From assembly GCA_000320545.1 (NCBI GenBank), contig ADNK01000640.1, positions 3,693-67,692 on the forward strand: DNA of 64,000 nt, given 5' to 3'. The first letter of the stretch is position 1, and each line of letters starts with the position of its first letter. Source of the DNA: Bigelowiella natans CCMP2755. Its lineage: Eukaryota; Protista; Cercozoa. The notes under the pieces are model-generated. The model was not told the origin of the DNA. It searched no databases and worked only from the letters and a program-made list of their open reading frames with translations. A program made the translations under genes and the position numbers. This document shows positions 1-15,547 of this stretch, in pieces.

Positions 1-597
1 GCGCGCACATCAATGCTAAACATGCTAGCATAGATAATAATATCCGTCTAGCATAAGCTAGATAAGCCGTTTGTGTCATGGATCTAGAAATAATGATCAT
101 GATGTGTGAGAGACATGTGCGGATTTGCGGTCATGGGCGACAAGAGGGGCGAACATCTTTGTGCTTGAATGAGGCACAGAATTCATGGTTTTAGTCAGTT
201 TGCGCCCTCAGCGAATGATGTCAACATTTCCAGGCATGTGCACGCACTGTGCACGTGTGTGCATGTCTTTACACTTACAATTAAAAAGAGCATTCACAAG
301 GTGCAGAGATGTCTTCGTCTTCGTAATTGCAATAGCATTATCACACTGGAGCTACTCAAAACTATAATTTACTAGCGCTGCAGCTTTATAAAGGTGATGA
401 TCCATGACTTTGCCGTCTCTATCTCCCCTCGCTACTTGCACCCACGGCGCTTCGACTTCCTGAAGCGACTCTCGGCTTAACGCCGTCTGCCTTGGTCATA
501 AAATAATGCTAATCTACATATATCCCCCGAGATGAAGACACCTTTGTTGTAGGTGGCGAGGACAATACTGCTAGTGTGCGCCAGGCCGCATATCATT

Positions 598-1542
598 TTA
601 ATTCATCGTGTCGGCAATCCCTCCCCCATCGTTCTTCGTAACGCGGTAAATCTGCCCGTCCTGGAGAGTCAAAGAAAAACACCACACACTGTTAAGATTC
701 TTCTCCATGGCGGTGGTGATGAGTATAAGAACTATGATACTTCGTCCCCCCCCCTCAATAGAGGCGCACTACAGGTACATCAAACATGCTCTTTGCAACG
801 GATAAACTTCCTACTGCCACAACTGCACTGCTTCGCTATCCTCGCCGTCGGTCGTTGTCATCTTCTTTTACATGCATGTGAGTAATATGTTCGCACGCAC
901 AGATGTTCTACTAACCGGCAGGATGTTGTACTCCTTGCCATCAGTAGAAATGAACTTCGCTGAGTCGTCGGCGAAATAAATCTCTTTCGATCCGTCCTAA
1001 GAGAAGGAAACCGGGGGGAGGGGGGGAGGAGGATTGACGCATAGAGAATAGCAGCAGCATATCAGGTTTGATGTCTCAGTCGTATTCAGTTGTCTACACG
1101 TTTCAATAAGCGTCCCGCCCCCCTCCCCGTCTCCCCTCACTTTCCCTTTTCAATCACACCTCGCTATGGCATTCCAGCTGGCTATTCGAGAAGAAGAACG
1201 TCTGTTTGTATCACCGATCTCAAGTCAGAAATTAAGAAGACAGAGCGAACACCATCTGGTGCTGTCCGTAGAGGCGATGTAATGGAACACTTTAAACGTT
1301 GTAAGTTTGTATGTGTGTTCCTAGTAGTTTATTATTATTATTATTATTATTCTTATTATGATCGCCACGACCTCTTTCTTCCCCTCTGTTATCTGGGTTA
1401 TATCAGACCCAGCGTAGTGGTATAAGATCCTTCCGTCCGTAAGTATCTTCATATATCATCGCAAAAACAACAACGAGAACAACCGCGACTACATCAAGGG
1501 AAAATTTCATATACGCGCACACACACACACACACACACACAC

Positions 1543-1590
<48 letters not shown>

Positions 1591-1690
1591 GGCAGTCGTA
1601 TTAATGCTATATGGCCATAAAGAAACACTGCGTACCTCCTTTGTGTCGCCGTTTGGGAATGATACTTGCGAGTAGCCTATCAATAAATCC

Positions 1691-1724
<34 letters not shown>

Positions 1725-4595
1725 AAATAAATCAATGCTACAGCAGCCCGCGTGCTTTTACATGCATACATTACGATACGACTTACCGCTTGGGAGCATT
1801 AACTTCCTTGTACCATTGGTGAAGATTGTCTGGCAAGCGCCGTCGAGGAATACCTGGTCCCGTGCAGTTATCGTGTGTTTGTGCGTGTGTGTGTGTGTGT
1901 GTGTGTACATGTCCCTTGCACACATCTCACGACCGATTGCTTGCTCCAAAGACTCATATCACACCCACCATATTTAAATTGTAAAACAATGACATGGAGG
2001 GCAGCAGCAGCAGCAGGAGGAGGAGGAGGAGGAAGAGGATCACCTTTTCACACTTTCCGTCTTCATGCACAGTCTCACGGCGCAGACCGATTATTCTAAA
2101 GAGTAAGTGAAAGTAGTCAGTGTGAAGGAGAGCAAGAGGCGGGGGGGGGGGGAGAGAAGATGGCATCGGCGACGACGACAACAGCGACGACTATGAAAGC
2201 TTCGGTAGGAAGAACAATCAGTAAATGGTGCCAGGAGCATGCCTCACAACCCAGCCTCGTATGAACCAACATCACTACTACTACTACTACTACAACTACC
2301 ACTACCACCGCTACCACTACATCGTTGAGCTGTTTTGCTGACACTGCTACTTCTGCATACGTTCAGTACCGATGGTTGATATCTGCAAAGGGAGTGTAGC
2401 GGAAGAGTAGCAGCTCCTTGACCTTTGCCGGCCTTCTGTCACGAATGGCCTCAAGCTTGCTGCCTTTGCCACCTCCGTCCTTTCACAAAGCAGAGACGAT
2501 AGGATCACTTCAAAGCACGTGATACGTACTATATTATCCATACATGTATATCCATATATTTATATATATGTGTGTGTGTGTGTGTGTGTTTGATTTCTTC
2601 CTTACCGATGAGGTTTCGGTTGTCCTCCTCGCTATGTCCGCAACATCGTCCTGGGGATGATGAATCGATGGATCTCCCTCCCCCCCCTCTTCCTCCGACT
2701 GAAGATGCTGATCCTCGCCGCTGTGGTGGCCTAGAGCATGTACCTGCTGCCGTCTGCGAAGAATTGAGTTGCGACCATCGTCGTCATCGTCAATTCCACC
2801 GATAGCAACGCCGTCGTCTCCGCCCACAGCCCCCCCCATCCGAGCTTCACGCGCGATGCTATTTGGATCGAAACGGAGGTGCTTATGTCGGGTGATGCTG
2901 ACAGCAGCCGATGAGGAGGAGGAGGAGGCGGAGGACTCGGGGGCATAATGCTTCTTGCTACCTCTGCTGCGACCGCCTTTGCGGAGCTGCTGCTGCTGCT
3001 GCTGCTGTCGTTCATCAGATCTCCCCCCACCTCCTCCTTTTCTAGCATTCCTTCTTCCCTCCCACTGATGATGGCCAATAGCACGGCCCTCTTCCCCTTC
3101 TCCCTTGATTGCCTCGTCATCATCCTCGTCCTCGTACATGCTTTCGTCGTAGGATTGTAGTTGCTGGTGCTGCTGGTGGCGTCCAACATACTTCTTCGCA
3201 CCCCCTCGGTAGGCTGCCCTGCCGCTATTCCCCCCCCCCCCCTCCTCCTCCTCCTCCTCGTCGTCGTTGTTCTTTTCAATTGTGTTGTTGCGTGAGCTGC
3301 TGTGCCGTCCTGTTATGTCTACCACGCCGCTACCAGATGACCATGCATGCCGGACGGCCTGGAGGATGATGACGATGATGATTATGATTACGATTATGAA
3401 TATGAATATGGTGTGATAAGGGGGATTGGGGTGACGATGATAGGAAGTCAACCCACCGATGGAGGGCAGGGGGGGGGGGGCAAACCCCATAGAAGCTACT
3501 GCTTCTTCGACATAAACCATGGCAAGAAAAGAGAGGAGGTAGCGATGATGGCGCCCTCCAGCCGTTACGATCAACTCTATAGATTCCCCAATTCTTCTTC
3601 TTCTTCTTTCTACTACTATTACTACTACTTCGTATCACCTGCGGTGCTTTGCCATTGTTACGCTTGTTCTTCTTCGCAAGCGTGCACTTGAGCAGAGCTT
3701 CCTCTGCGTCGAGGCGCGCCTTTTCGGCGTCTTTTAGTTCCTGGGGGGGGGAGAGCGATTGATGATGAGGCAATGGGCGGAGGGGGGGAGAGTAAGTGTG
3801 CGGCGCACCATCAAGAGAAGAGGAAGATTAAAGAGGAAGAGGAGGAGAACAAGAAAAGAGGCGCAAGGGAGAGACTCAGTCATTGAGAGATATCTTCTTC
3901 GTCGTATTAAAGCTCATCGTCGCGCCACCTTTTTAAGAGTGACGTTCTCTCTAGTGATCATGGAATTCTGGGTTCTCAGCCTGTTAATCGTGGCCCTGAC
4001 ATGTGTGTGCATGCGGACGACGCAGACAGACAAGCACGTCACTACAACGATGATATATACACACATTTTAGATTATTCGCACACACACACGCGCACGCGC
4101 AAGTTTGCAGCAGCAAGAAGTAATATTTGTTACTGGGTCTACTTATAATGTTAAGGTACTTCATCTTCTCCTCTCGTTTCTTGGCGGCAGCCTTCGCGTT
4201 TTCGAGCTGAGACTGCGCTTCCTGAATACCATCTCTCTCCTAAAGAAGGAGGCAAGGAAGAAAAGACAAAGAAGGTAACGAATGATGTGAGGGGTATTAT
4301 GGGAGAGGAAGAAGAAGCAGCACATTCCAAAACAACTTCATCAAGGATCACGGAAAAATGCAGCAGCAGAGTGGACACTTCTCACGGTCATCTTCCTCCT
4401 CGTAAAGATTCGTATACGTTTTTCGACTATCACGACTTACCGGCACCATCAAAACATTCTTCTTCTTCTTCTTCTTCTTCTTCTTCTTCTTCTTTTGCAA
4501 CAACACACTCACATACTTGTCGGCTGGGAAGGGCCAGCAGCTGCTTCAGCCGTTTCTCCAGCTGCATTTATGCGTGCGTGTGTGTGTGTTTGCGT

Positions 4596-4641
<46 letters not shown>

Positions 4642-4974
4642 CTAAGCAGTTCGCTAATAAAATTTGACTCTGTTGTTCACTAGTATTATGATGCCCCCCC
4701 CGCATTCTCCCCCACTAGTACTAACCTTGCTTTTCTCACGGCGCAGTCTTCGGTTTTCATCGTCTCTTTGACGATGAAAGTCGTTCCTGGAAAAAGAGGA
4801 GTTGGCATCAAAGTCGGACTGCAGCAAAAAGGACGAGTAAAATGGGGGGGGGGGGGGGGGGTACCTGTCCTTTTCCAGCGCCTCGAGCTTCTGTTTCAGT
4901 CTATCCTCGCCCAGCTAAGAACGCACAAACGGACAAAAGAATGACGCATTAATATCATCATACTTTAAATAAAC

Positions 4975-5010
<36 letters not shown>

Positions 5011-5754
5011 GTTCGTCACACGCTCTCTTATGAATGTCAAGAAAGGAATAGGCGGCCAAACACCTTTGCTTTCAGTTTGGCCTCCTTTTGCAACCTCCTC
5101 GCGTGTCTCGTCTCGTTCCGATATCTGAGGAAAGTGGATGATGATGATGATGATGAAGGGGAGGGAGAGGAAGGCCCCAGTAGATTATCAAATGACTCGA
5201 AATTGGACATTGATGATGAAAAATACAAATGACTGTCGTTCTAGTCGCCATCGCTACCACGTGGAATATACCACACCCTGTCTGTCCCCCCCCCCCTACG
5301 ACTACCACCCGCCCCATCATCATGCATGTGAATGGCGACAGGGAAGGCCCACCTCGAAATCTCACGTTCCAGGCGCTTGACCTTTTCCGTTAACTCGGTG
5401 ACTACTGCTCCTCCGGGGGAAGAGGAGGGGGGTGGTGGAGCCGGGTCTGCGGTCGGGAACTACGAAATATTCACACGAAAACAGTCGGGGAAATTGAATT
5501 ACTTGACACTAATAGAATCATCCACCTCCCGCCCCGTACTCCTACCCATACAATTCAGAATTCCCCTTATTACTTGACGCTGCTGTTGATGGGGGCGAGA
5601 GGGAGATTTTCCGGTGTTGACAGCAGTCCCCTGGCGATTTCTATTGCTCCCTGTCGCCGCTGAATAATACTGCTGGACTATCCTTGAGGTGGGGGGGGAG
5701 GGAGGCGGAGCCCATTCATTGCCGATATAGGGCTTCCTGCCATCGGCTTCAACG

Positions 5755-5789
<35 letters not shown>

Positions 5790-6653
5790 CAAGCGGCTGC
5801 TGTTAAAGGAGGTCCCGCCCTCTCCATCTTCATCGTACTCGTGGGAATGGTGCTGCTCGTGCGGGAGGTTGTGGTGGCGGGAAGAGGAGGAGGATGCTAA
5901 GAACCGAGCAAATGGGTCTTTCTGTGTTGTCGGCATCTTACTCGCTGCTGCTGCTCCAGAAGATGCTGCTGACGATGATAACTGCTGCGAAGATACGGCC
6001 TCTTGCTGAGCAGTGATAGCGGGAGATGGTGGGACGGTGTCGTGCCGAGTTTGTCTCTCCATTCCATATCGCCCATCACCATCATCACCATCATCATCAC
6101 CGTCGCCTCCTCCGCCGAACCGTTGACTTCCCCCATCAATAATTTCCTGATCATGGTATTCCCGACGATCCTCTCCTAAATCGTCGTCAACACCGCCTCC
6201 TCCTTGTTGTTGCAGGAGCGCTTTGGCTTCGTGAATAGCCCTCTCCTCCTCGACTGGATCGACAGTACCGTCGTCGATGATCAAGTTGCTTCCTCCGCTA
6301 TCATTACGGCTGTTGAGATTGCCATTCGTGTCGTATCCGCTGTTGTACAGCCCCCCCCGCTCCCCTGATTCAGATAACGTATAATCTGTCTCCAATCCAG
6401 AAGACGCTGCTACATCTTTACTGGGCTTCCCCCCAGCAATTGCATCGTTATGGTCATTTTCCTCCAATATATCCTCCTCGCCCTTAAAGAAGCAATACAC
6501 ACATACACACGAGCACGAACACACAAACAGAGACACATAATCAGTCGAAATCGTATCAATGGCTGTGCAGATAAAGCCGCAGCTGTATACACCACCACCA
6601 TCATCGTCATCATCATCATGGAAGCCGTTCAGGATTGGAGAAAAGATCGCACA

Positions 6654-6686
<33 letters not shown>

Positions 6687-8169
6687 GCACGGACGGGCAA
6701 ACCGACACTCCTACTGCTCGAGAGTCATTCGTACCTGCATCGAGGCAGAGAAGCCACCATGTCGCATGGTTGTACCCATCAACCTCCTTAACCCATGGTC
6801 ACTCTTGTCCAGGCTGGCTTCACCCCGCCGCTCATGGCCAGGGGGGGCTGGACCACTGCTGCTGTCGCCAGGGCTAAACATGCCTCGTCGCGTTCCGAGG
6901 AATGGGTTTCCGTGGTCCGAAAGCGTGGATCGGTTGTGCAACACCGATGACGAAGCTCCCCCCTCTCCCTCCTAAGGTCATATGAACGAGACGTCGTGGT
7001 GAGGGCGAGGGATATATTGCAGGAAGTATATAGTGCAGAGGAAGTGAAGAAATGGAGATAACAACGAACACGACTCGGCTTTTATCAATTAAGGGGGGTC
7101 ATACTGTTCTCCCCTTTCTCTATGATGATTGTGGCGAGGGGCGGCGGGGGGGGGGGATGGTCTATAACCCTAGCCGTACAAGCAAGCATATCTACTACTA
7201 CTACTACTACTTCTTCTTCTTCGCCCTCCAGCCACTCCTCTGTGTCGTCGAAGATGATGGGTTCTGGTGCGAAATGAACGCGGTTTCCGTGCTTCTTCCT
7301 CGGTGGAATGGGCGATTCAGTCTCTTCTTCCTTCAATATTCCAGTCCTTCCTTCCTCGAAGCGTTCATTCACTGGGGTTTCTCCCTTTTGAACATGTACG
7401 CATACATGCATTAGACAGCTATCAATACTCCGCGAAGACATTTCCATGCAGACCGCAAAGAAAAGGTTGCACCTTTTCTGTAACACAGACAACTATTCAT
7501 TTACATACGGAAAAATATAGGTTTGCAAACAGACAGCCCACACTAATCTGTTCTTGATAAAGCAGCACCCCCATCTCCACCATCATCACACCTTAACTTC
7601 CCCCTGTTGAACCATCTTCTCGATTCTAGCGAATTCTTCTAGTTCGGCATCGAAAGCTGTGTTTCTTTCGCCCGTCTCACTGATACCAAGACACATATAT
7701 ATTTCGAAATGACGAAGGCCATTCAAAAGGTTAAGGAACTCCCATCAAATTTATAACATGCATGCCAGCCATCCACTCGGTATACAGCCCCATCCCCGTA
7801 CCTGTAGTTGCCACTTGGCGTTGAGAACTCTTTGTGGGGCTCCTTCTGACTTCTCAACTTCTTTGTCTCGTGTGTGTTCGTGGGACGATGACTCGGCTCG
7901 AAGTCCTCGATGCCTTTTCAAAATGGAATTGGTGTTGTTCAGGTTGGGGCAACTGCTGCAAGTACATTCGTGTCCAAAAATACGTTCAATGTGTTACCGT
8001 TTCGGGAAATTCGACTCGAGCTGGCACCAATGCTGGCCCTTCCACTCTGACGGCGAGACGATGTGCTGGGGAATTTCGATAGTTTTTGCTCCAAAAGCTC
8101 TTCGAAAGTCCTCGGCTTCCCGGCAACGCCAATGCCCGGACGTATTATCTGCTGGTCCGGGTTCATCAT
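598..8169 (-). CDS. SAS4: SAS-4/CPAP/CENPJ-like centriole assembly protein (multi-exon)
   Basis: First exon MMNPDQQIIRPGIGVAGKPRTFEELLEQKL resembles the CPAP PN2-3 tubulin-binding segment. Long low-complexity and coiled-coil middle exons (5499-6480, 2600-3330, ELKDAEKARLDAEEAL at ~3690-3740). C-terminal exons carry TCP10_C/G-box beta-hairpin repeats: VFLDGACQTIFTNGTRKLMLPSG (~1785-1860), QVSFPNGDTKE (~1635-1675), ILYHYAGSDITQ (~1390-1430), KEIYFADDS..GKEYNILP (~915-995), DGQIYRVTKNDGGGIADTMN* (598-660). Internal exon boundaries and the last exon are approximate. Confidence 0.8.
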
Positions 8170-8844
8170 CGCGCACGGAATGAAGATGTTGGGAAGTTTC
8201 TGTTGTTTAAAGACCATGAAATGAGATTTGTGATATTGAGAATCCATGTACCTACGGCCCATTTCTATCTCTGTGTTTTCATACGAAGGAAGGGATGACG
8301 ACATTACAAAGTAGCAACAGCATTCGCTCGAGAACACAAATTGCTGGCAAGAGAGGATAGTGACATGAGAAGGAGCTAGAGTCTCGTGGTAACTAAAAAT
8401 GAGACGTCCAAGTACACAAGATACAGGCTAGAGTAAAACACAAAGTCTTGCCATCCCTCCCCTTTTCGATACCACCACTGCCCACCTTCGGAGGGGAGGC
8501 GGGAGTCTCAAACAATGATGCGGGCAACTATTCCAAAGAATAGTCTATTTTCCATGTCGCTGTTTCTGATTTGAGGGCTTCCACGCTAGGTGGAAATGCT
8601 CCCCCGAAAATGACCAGAAAGCTCGTCGTTGGCGGGAAACCGTTTTGGCGCAAGCGAACAATAAGAACAGCGCATCCTTCTCGGAGAAACGCGCGATCCA
8701 GATCTTTCCCCGACAAGCCATGCGACATTTTCAACATGGAGCCATTTCCTATATTAAATAATCAGGGGGGAATTTCATTGTCGCTTCTGTTGAATTACCA
8801 CCGTATTTGAGGTATATCTTGCCGACAGGAGGCAGTTTCCGAGC

Positions 8845-9582
8845 ATGATGGCTCCCCTCTCGCTTCTGCTTGCGTTCACAGCCATTACCGAGGTTTCCTC
8901 CAAGCCCAAAGAGCATCAAATTTTGAAGCTTCCAGGGTGGGATGCCCCTCTACCCTCTGAGGTCTATGCTGGATACATTCCAGCCGGAAATGACACCCAG
9001 GTCCGAGTCACACCGCATTGATTCGATGCCCTGTTTGGAGTACTTAAATAGTTACTGATAGCTCTTTCGTGTTTTCCCAGGATGGCACAGACTACGAAAT
9101 GTTTGAACATTACATGTTCATCGAATCCGGTACGAAATCCGGAAATAGGCATACATTTGTGCGGGTGCGTGTAGCGTGCTGATAATTGTTCTGTGACAAT
9201 GTTTCAACAGAGGGAGATCCAAGCTCCGATCCACTCGTCGTGTGGACGAACGGAGGTCCAGGAGCCAGTTCGTTCTTTGGCTTGTTCGTCGAGCTAGGAC
9301 CTTTCATTCTGGATGTACCACTTTTTCCTAACCATGTGAAACAGCATATCCTTCGATTAATCTACGGCTTTCTTCTACTTTTGAACTGCTAGGACGACTC
9401 GCTCAAAACGAAAGAGTACAACCAGACAGGCATTCCCACCCTTTGGAGGAATGAATTCTCATGGACGAAGGCGGCCTCCATTCTTATTCTCAACTCACCA
9501 CCCCCAGTAGCGTCACACGAAATTAGAGCCCACATTACTACCAGTCCATTTTGTCATCATGACCTTATATAGGAATATGTGC

Positions 9583-9630
<48 letters not shown>

Positions 9631-10032
9631 CGCACTTATAATAGGTAGGCTTCTCGTATTGCAATCCCGCTGGCCCATCCGGTCTGTCAACCATTCGTTC
9701 TACCAATTTGAGCGTCAGCACTATCGTCGTACCTGCCTATATAACTTAAAAAGCTCCTCAAAATGTGCAGGAGACGGCACCTCTTGTGGCTCTTGGAATG
9801 ACTCTCGTACGGCAAAGCACAACTACGCCTTTCTCCAGAATTGGTACAGCCAACACATCGAAAGACGTCGTCTCATCACAGCAAACCCCGTCTCCTAATG
9901 CCAATGGAAAGTTTTGTTCTGAGTCTAGGCATATTGTTTCGGATTTGTCACAGGTTCAAATCTTTCCCCGAGTACCGAAAGAACGACTTCTATATCACTG
10001 GTCGTCTAATTAAAGAGGCGAATTAGAGAGAA

Positions 10033-10078
<46 letters not shown>

Positions 10079-11592
10079 AACACATGAAAGAACGTAAGTT
10101 TATTTCTTCATCCCTTTTACGCACAATCTAGGGGAGTCGTATGCAGGAATCTACGTCCCTACCCTTGCTCGCGAGATCATTGAGAACGAAAATGCGATCA
10201 ACCTTAAGGGGTGGGCCGTAGGCGATGGATGCTTAGGAAACGATATCTTGTGCGGCAGTGGCAAGGATGCGTGGAAAGGCCCATATTTTACGGTACTACT
10301 CTCCATGGTTAGATGCCTAACCGTTAAGGAATTGCAGTTGTTACGAAAACTAGCAGCGTTTGCTTTCTGTCGCTGTGTTTCACCAATGTTAGTATACCAA
10401 TACTATAACGACGAAAACATATAGATCGAGTTCATGCATGGGCACGGCCAGTTCTCTGATAAGACCTACGAAGCCATCATGGTGAGGGGAAGAAAAGGGG
10501 GCAGGGCGAGGGAGGGGTTGGGGGGAAACAATCAAGTATTTGCTGAAAGCTGGGCATGATATATCCATTTGAAAAACGATTCTAACAGTCGACAGCCATG
10601 GATGTTTTTGTCCTTCAAGCCAACTCTCTGTTCCTTCATAAAATCCTTGTTGTTGAATCTATGCAGCAATGAATGTGCAGCTGACCTATTGGTCACACCC
10701 ATCCTCCATTTTCTCACCATCCACCCCCCTTTTTTGCATCATCTCGACGAATCATCAGAGTGTGTGCTCCAAGGACGAACTCATCTATGGAGTCACAGAG
10801 AAGGCATGCTCTGATCTCATCGACAGGTATTGTTGCTTTTCCCCGCTGCCTGTTGTTGTTATCGTTGTTGTTGTTGCTGTTGTTGTCGTTGTTGCACCTC
10901 CTGAATTCAAACTCCCGGCACCACATTAGGCGATCATTGCTATAATGGTACGATACATAAAAATGTGCATATTAAAACCGTTCTATTTCCCTCTCCTCCT
11001 CCTCCTCCTCCTCCTCCTCCTCCTCCTCCTCCTCCTCCTCTCTTACAGAATGCATCAGGAGCTTGGCGGCTATTACTCGTACAACCTCTACGACGAATGC
11101 TGGTAACACGGGTGCAGTGCAGTACTTGTATTTTTGGTTCCCCTTGGCGCGAGAAGTGTCCTTGCTGCTTTTTTGTGTAAATACAGAGGTGTACTCTAGA
11201 TGTGTACATGTGCATGTGTGTGTGCGCATATATTTCTATCGCGGAGTACTACACACATCCCAGTGTGGGTGTTTGTAGCTATGCCGCTGGCAATTGACAC
11301 TGCCGAATTTGTCGTTGGCTGCTGCTGCTGCTGCCGTGTGCAAAGGTACGAGAACGACCTCATGTTGAAGGAAACGTTGGCTGGGAGCCGCAGCTACTGG
11401 GGTCCGCCGCGTCTGACGAGCACCAGTGCTGCAGGAGACGGGAAGGGTTTCAAGGCTGGACTGAACGACTATCCTTGCGGGGGTCCAGGTCGCTCCGATG
11501 ATCATCAGATCTTAAACAATGGACGATTACGATTACGACGACGACGACGATTAGCAATGATAATCTCCTTACCCTGCTTGTAACTTGATGGC

Positions 11593-11629
<37 letters not shown>

Positions 11630-13423
11630 GGAATGAGGACGATGATGATAATCCTTTGCAACGAATGGGGTATACATTAATGCATTCGCTTTTATTCTTT
11701 AAGAAATGGGAGGACGGAGGGTAACAGTAATGTGTTTGGGGTCTTAACCCCTCCACGTGTGCTTACTTTCCCTTTCTTTGATTTATTTCTCGTCATCTTC
11801 TGAGCTCCTTGCTATTACATATGAAGGGGCTCTAAAAAAGTGGATGGGTCACTCGGCTGTTAAGACTGCCCTGCACGTTCCGCAGGATGCCTTCTTCTTC
11901 AGGTGAAAGCAGCAGCTCCATCATCACCATAAAAAAACAACAACAACAATAACAACAATAACTACGTTGACGACGACAACTCAGGGGGAATGTTGGGTTG
12001 ATTTGGGAATGCATACTGCTATATCTCATCATGCATTCACAATATGACGTTCAGTGGTGACAATGGCGCCGGCTTCGTGTACAATCTTACCGAGCCGAAC
12101 CTCTCCTCCTTCTACAAAACGGTAGGAAGAAGAAGAAGAAGACGAAGAAAAAGGCATATACTTCCGCTGTTGTTGTCGCTAGTGATACATAAGTCTCACC
12201 GACCTCTCCTACATATGAGACTTTACGATATTACACTAATACCACCACAACGAATTAACTCTACTACATATTTTGTTGGTTACTGTGTGCTGCCGGGCTT
12301 CAGACGGCGGAGAAGAGCGCGTACAGGGTTCTTATCTACAACGGAGACACGGACCCCGGCTTGAATAGGTGCTGCCTGCCTACAAGTATTTTCATGTTGC
12401 CGTTGGATAAAGTGATGACGTTGATGGTGGTGTTGATGGCGATGTTGTTGATGATGATGATATTACGATTGACGGAATTGAATGATGCTGGTGATGCACG
12501 ATGATCTCGCTCACGTTGCGATGTCGGTGCAGCTTCGTCATGCAGAACTGGACCAGAGCGCTCGGGTTGAAGGTAGAATTCAACGAGGAAGGGAGAGGAG
12601 GAAGGAGGAGGTGTATCTTATATCAGGCCGCCATATCCCCTGTCTGGCGAACAATTGTTCGTGAGGCCCACATCGAAGAAACTTCCAGGCGTTTTTAATC
12701 TTATTTCATCCCCTACTCCCCCCCCCCCCCCTTTTTAGGAGGTAGAAGGCTGGCGCCCCTGGACTCTCGACGGCAGGCAACGAGTAATGTTTCCTGCGAG
12801 CCAAATTACCTCTTAGTGCGGCAGTGATATTATTCTCCTGGGCCATCACCATCTCACAATGATTCTCTCCTGATGGTGCGATTGATCATCAGATGGGCGG
12901 GTACGTGACTCGTTACGAAGGCAACTTTGACACGTTGACAATCCGAGGGAGCGGGCATATGGTGCCGGAGTTCAAGCCACGGTAAGTCAACTCGCGAGCA
13001 AGCAGCATCTGCCACACACGCCACGCATGGCACGACACTTCGTATGTGTACGATGGAAAGATACAGATATTTGGTCCAACGGCTCTTCTGTGAATCAGAT
13101 CAAATTTTGCCTTGCCCGCCAATGTCGTGCAGCAGCGGTGGGAGTGTGCGTGTCGCATCGCACAGCATCATTAGAAACTATTACAACTATCGGAGTTAAC
13201 AAGCTCTTGGAGCAGTGATAGTGGTGGTGTGATGGTGGTGGTGGTGCTGATGTGAAGTAGACTGTTAAGGGAAGCAATCATTGGAATAATCATGTTGACA
13301 TGATTATTCGAGGCGTTATGACATTACCTCACCACTCCCCACTAATATCTGCACATTAGAGCGGCTCTGGAATTCCTTTCCCGCTGGTTAAAGAACGAAG
13401 AGTGGCAGCGCTACCAAGCATAA
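8845..13423 (+). CDS. Serine carboxypeptidase, peptidase family S10 (secreted, multi-exon)
   Basis: Signal peptide [19 protein letters not shown], then [45 protein letters not shown], catalytic GESYAG (~10132), YNGDTD (~12337), [14 protein letters not shown] (~12940). Last exon [26 protein letters not shown] introns. Confidence 0.93.
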
Positions 13424-13485
13424 CTATTGTGTTCCCAAGATGATTCAAATTCACCAAAAAAAAATGTTGCGAAGTTCTCTCTCTC

Positions 13486-13531
<46 letters not shown>

Positions 13532-14553
13532 GTGTGTGTGTGTGTGTGTGTTGAAAATAAGATATAGTGTAGCTCAGTTCAAGCTGGTGGCTGATTGCAT
13601 GCCCATCAATTGTCCGACTGCTGAAATACACAACTCATCTTCATATTTCTTTTACACATATACCGCCTTGCTTCAGCGTGCGGCGCAGCGTCGGTATCAC
13701 TACGCACGCGGTGATGGTTGTGCTGGCCTATGTACGCACCGGTGCAAAGTATAAATAGCGTCCGAGACACACATATTTGCATGTATGACATCATGGCAAC
13801 AGCATCTGTCAGCTGCTGGCACTTGCTGTTCCTCCACGTGGCCATAACCTTTATGTACTGTACAACTGACACTATATATACTAGCTAGATCTGCAGGGAT
13901 TCACACCTTGCGAGCTAGTCGCTTCGTATGTCAGATGTAATTGCACATGCATGTATGCGAATGCATACCTTAGATCGAGACACAGAACAGCATGCTCATG
14001 TGGCGCACACACATGCATAGTGAGGAATCAGCTCACTGCCACATGGGAAACACGCACTGCTGAGCAAAGCATGCGCGACATTCAAGACCGAAACAACATG
14101 CACACATTTGATTGCATGAAACACATCATGCTATAGCTGGCTAGCTGGATGGCGGAGACCAATAGATTTAATGTTAGCGCTGACAACGGATGAATTACAC
14201 AGCTCAAGACAGCTAGCTACATGAGGATGACCATTGAACAAATTTATTAATTTGATTAATTGCATCCGTCATATAATCGTCTTACGTATGTAGGCCTCCA
14301 TTGTAGACTGCACTGCTTTTGTCACTTTGTTGATTCCTGCGCTCAGCGCTGATTGCTAGCCAGCTACGTACACGGCACCAATTGTTGCATGTAAAAATGA
14401 TATTGTACGTACTACACGCGGCATGAGCTATGCTTCAATCGTTCTCGAAAATGGCTACATTTGGAGTAGATTCTTGACTTTACACTTATTTTTAAATAAT
14501 TGCATAACATGACTACAGCGCTCGCGACGAATAACGACATCATCATTGATCGA

Positions 14554-15231
14554 TTAGTTCCACGCTCGACTCTCCACTGTATTGAACGCCAGGTTTGTAG
14601 AATTACTCAATTTACCCTGCGTGGAAATCACAGCCAAATATTTAGGAAAGAGTGATGGTGCAGTTGAAGGATCCCCACAGGATTATGCTCATATTACGTG
14701 TCAGATTCATGCCCTACCGTCTTCTGTATCAGTTTGACAGCATGCTTTGGTATTCCCAAGATTCCCTTATTGCCCTTCGATGCTTCAGCCTTTATAACCT
14801 ACAAATAAGATCATGTAAATGACGAGCGAAATAACCATGGTGGACATTGCAAGCTGTTTTTACGCAAATGTTTTTAAATCACAAAAGAACGTCATTTTGG
14901 GTCGAGAGACATCTATCTGGAATGTGACATCCAAGGTACCCGATAATTACAATTACGGCGGCAAATTATGTTTGAAAGCAGAAGATGAATCGTTTCGAGG
15001 TACTACCCTACAGAAAACCGGAACTTTGATTGTTTCTTCGCCATAGTCACAAAACGACCTCACAGTGATGTAGCTATTATCATCAAAAGCATTTATAGGA
15101 TCAAATGAAGCACTGTTCTTAACGAATGTCACTTAAATTCTAATCATTCCCTCCTCTCGAGATACTGTCTATCGCAACCACGGCTATTTAAATGGATACG
15201 TGGACGAATGTGGCCTCTCCGACACCAGTAG

Positions 15232-15275
<44 letters not shown>

Positions 15276-15507
15276 GGCGTCTGTTTCTAGATGTGTCTAG
15301 TGAATAATCGAAAGTATAAAAAAAGAAGAGAAGAATATTGAGTAATACAAGGAGAAGACCACACCCTGTTTTTTCTCCAGGTTTTTGTTTTCCAAAGAAA
15401 CTAACGATGGTCTGAACGAGGAGAAGAAGAGATACATCCACACATACGTGTTCATTTTACGGAAAGTATAGAGAACGGGAATGACGATGACTTGAAGAAA
15501 CGGCGAG

Positions 15508-15547
<40 letters not shown>

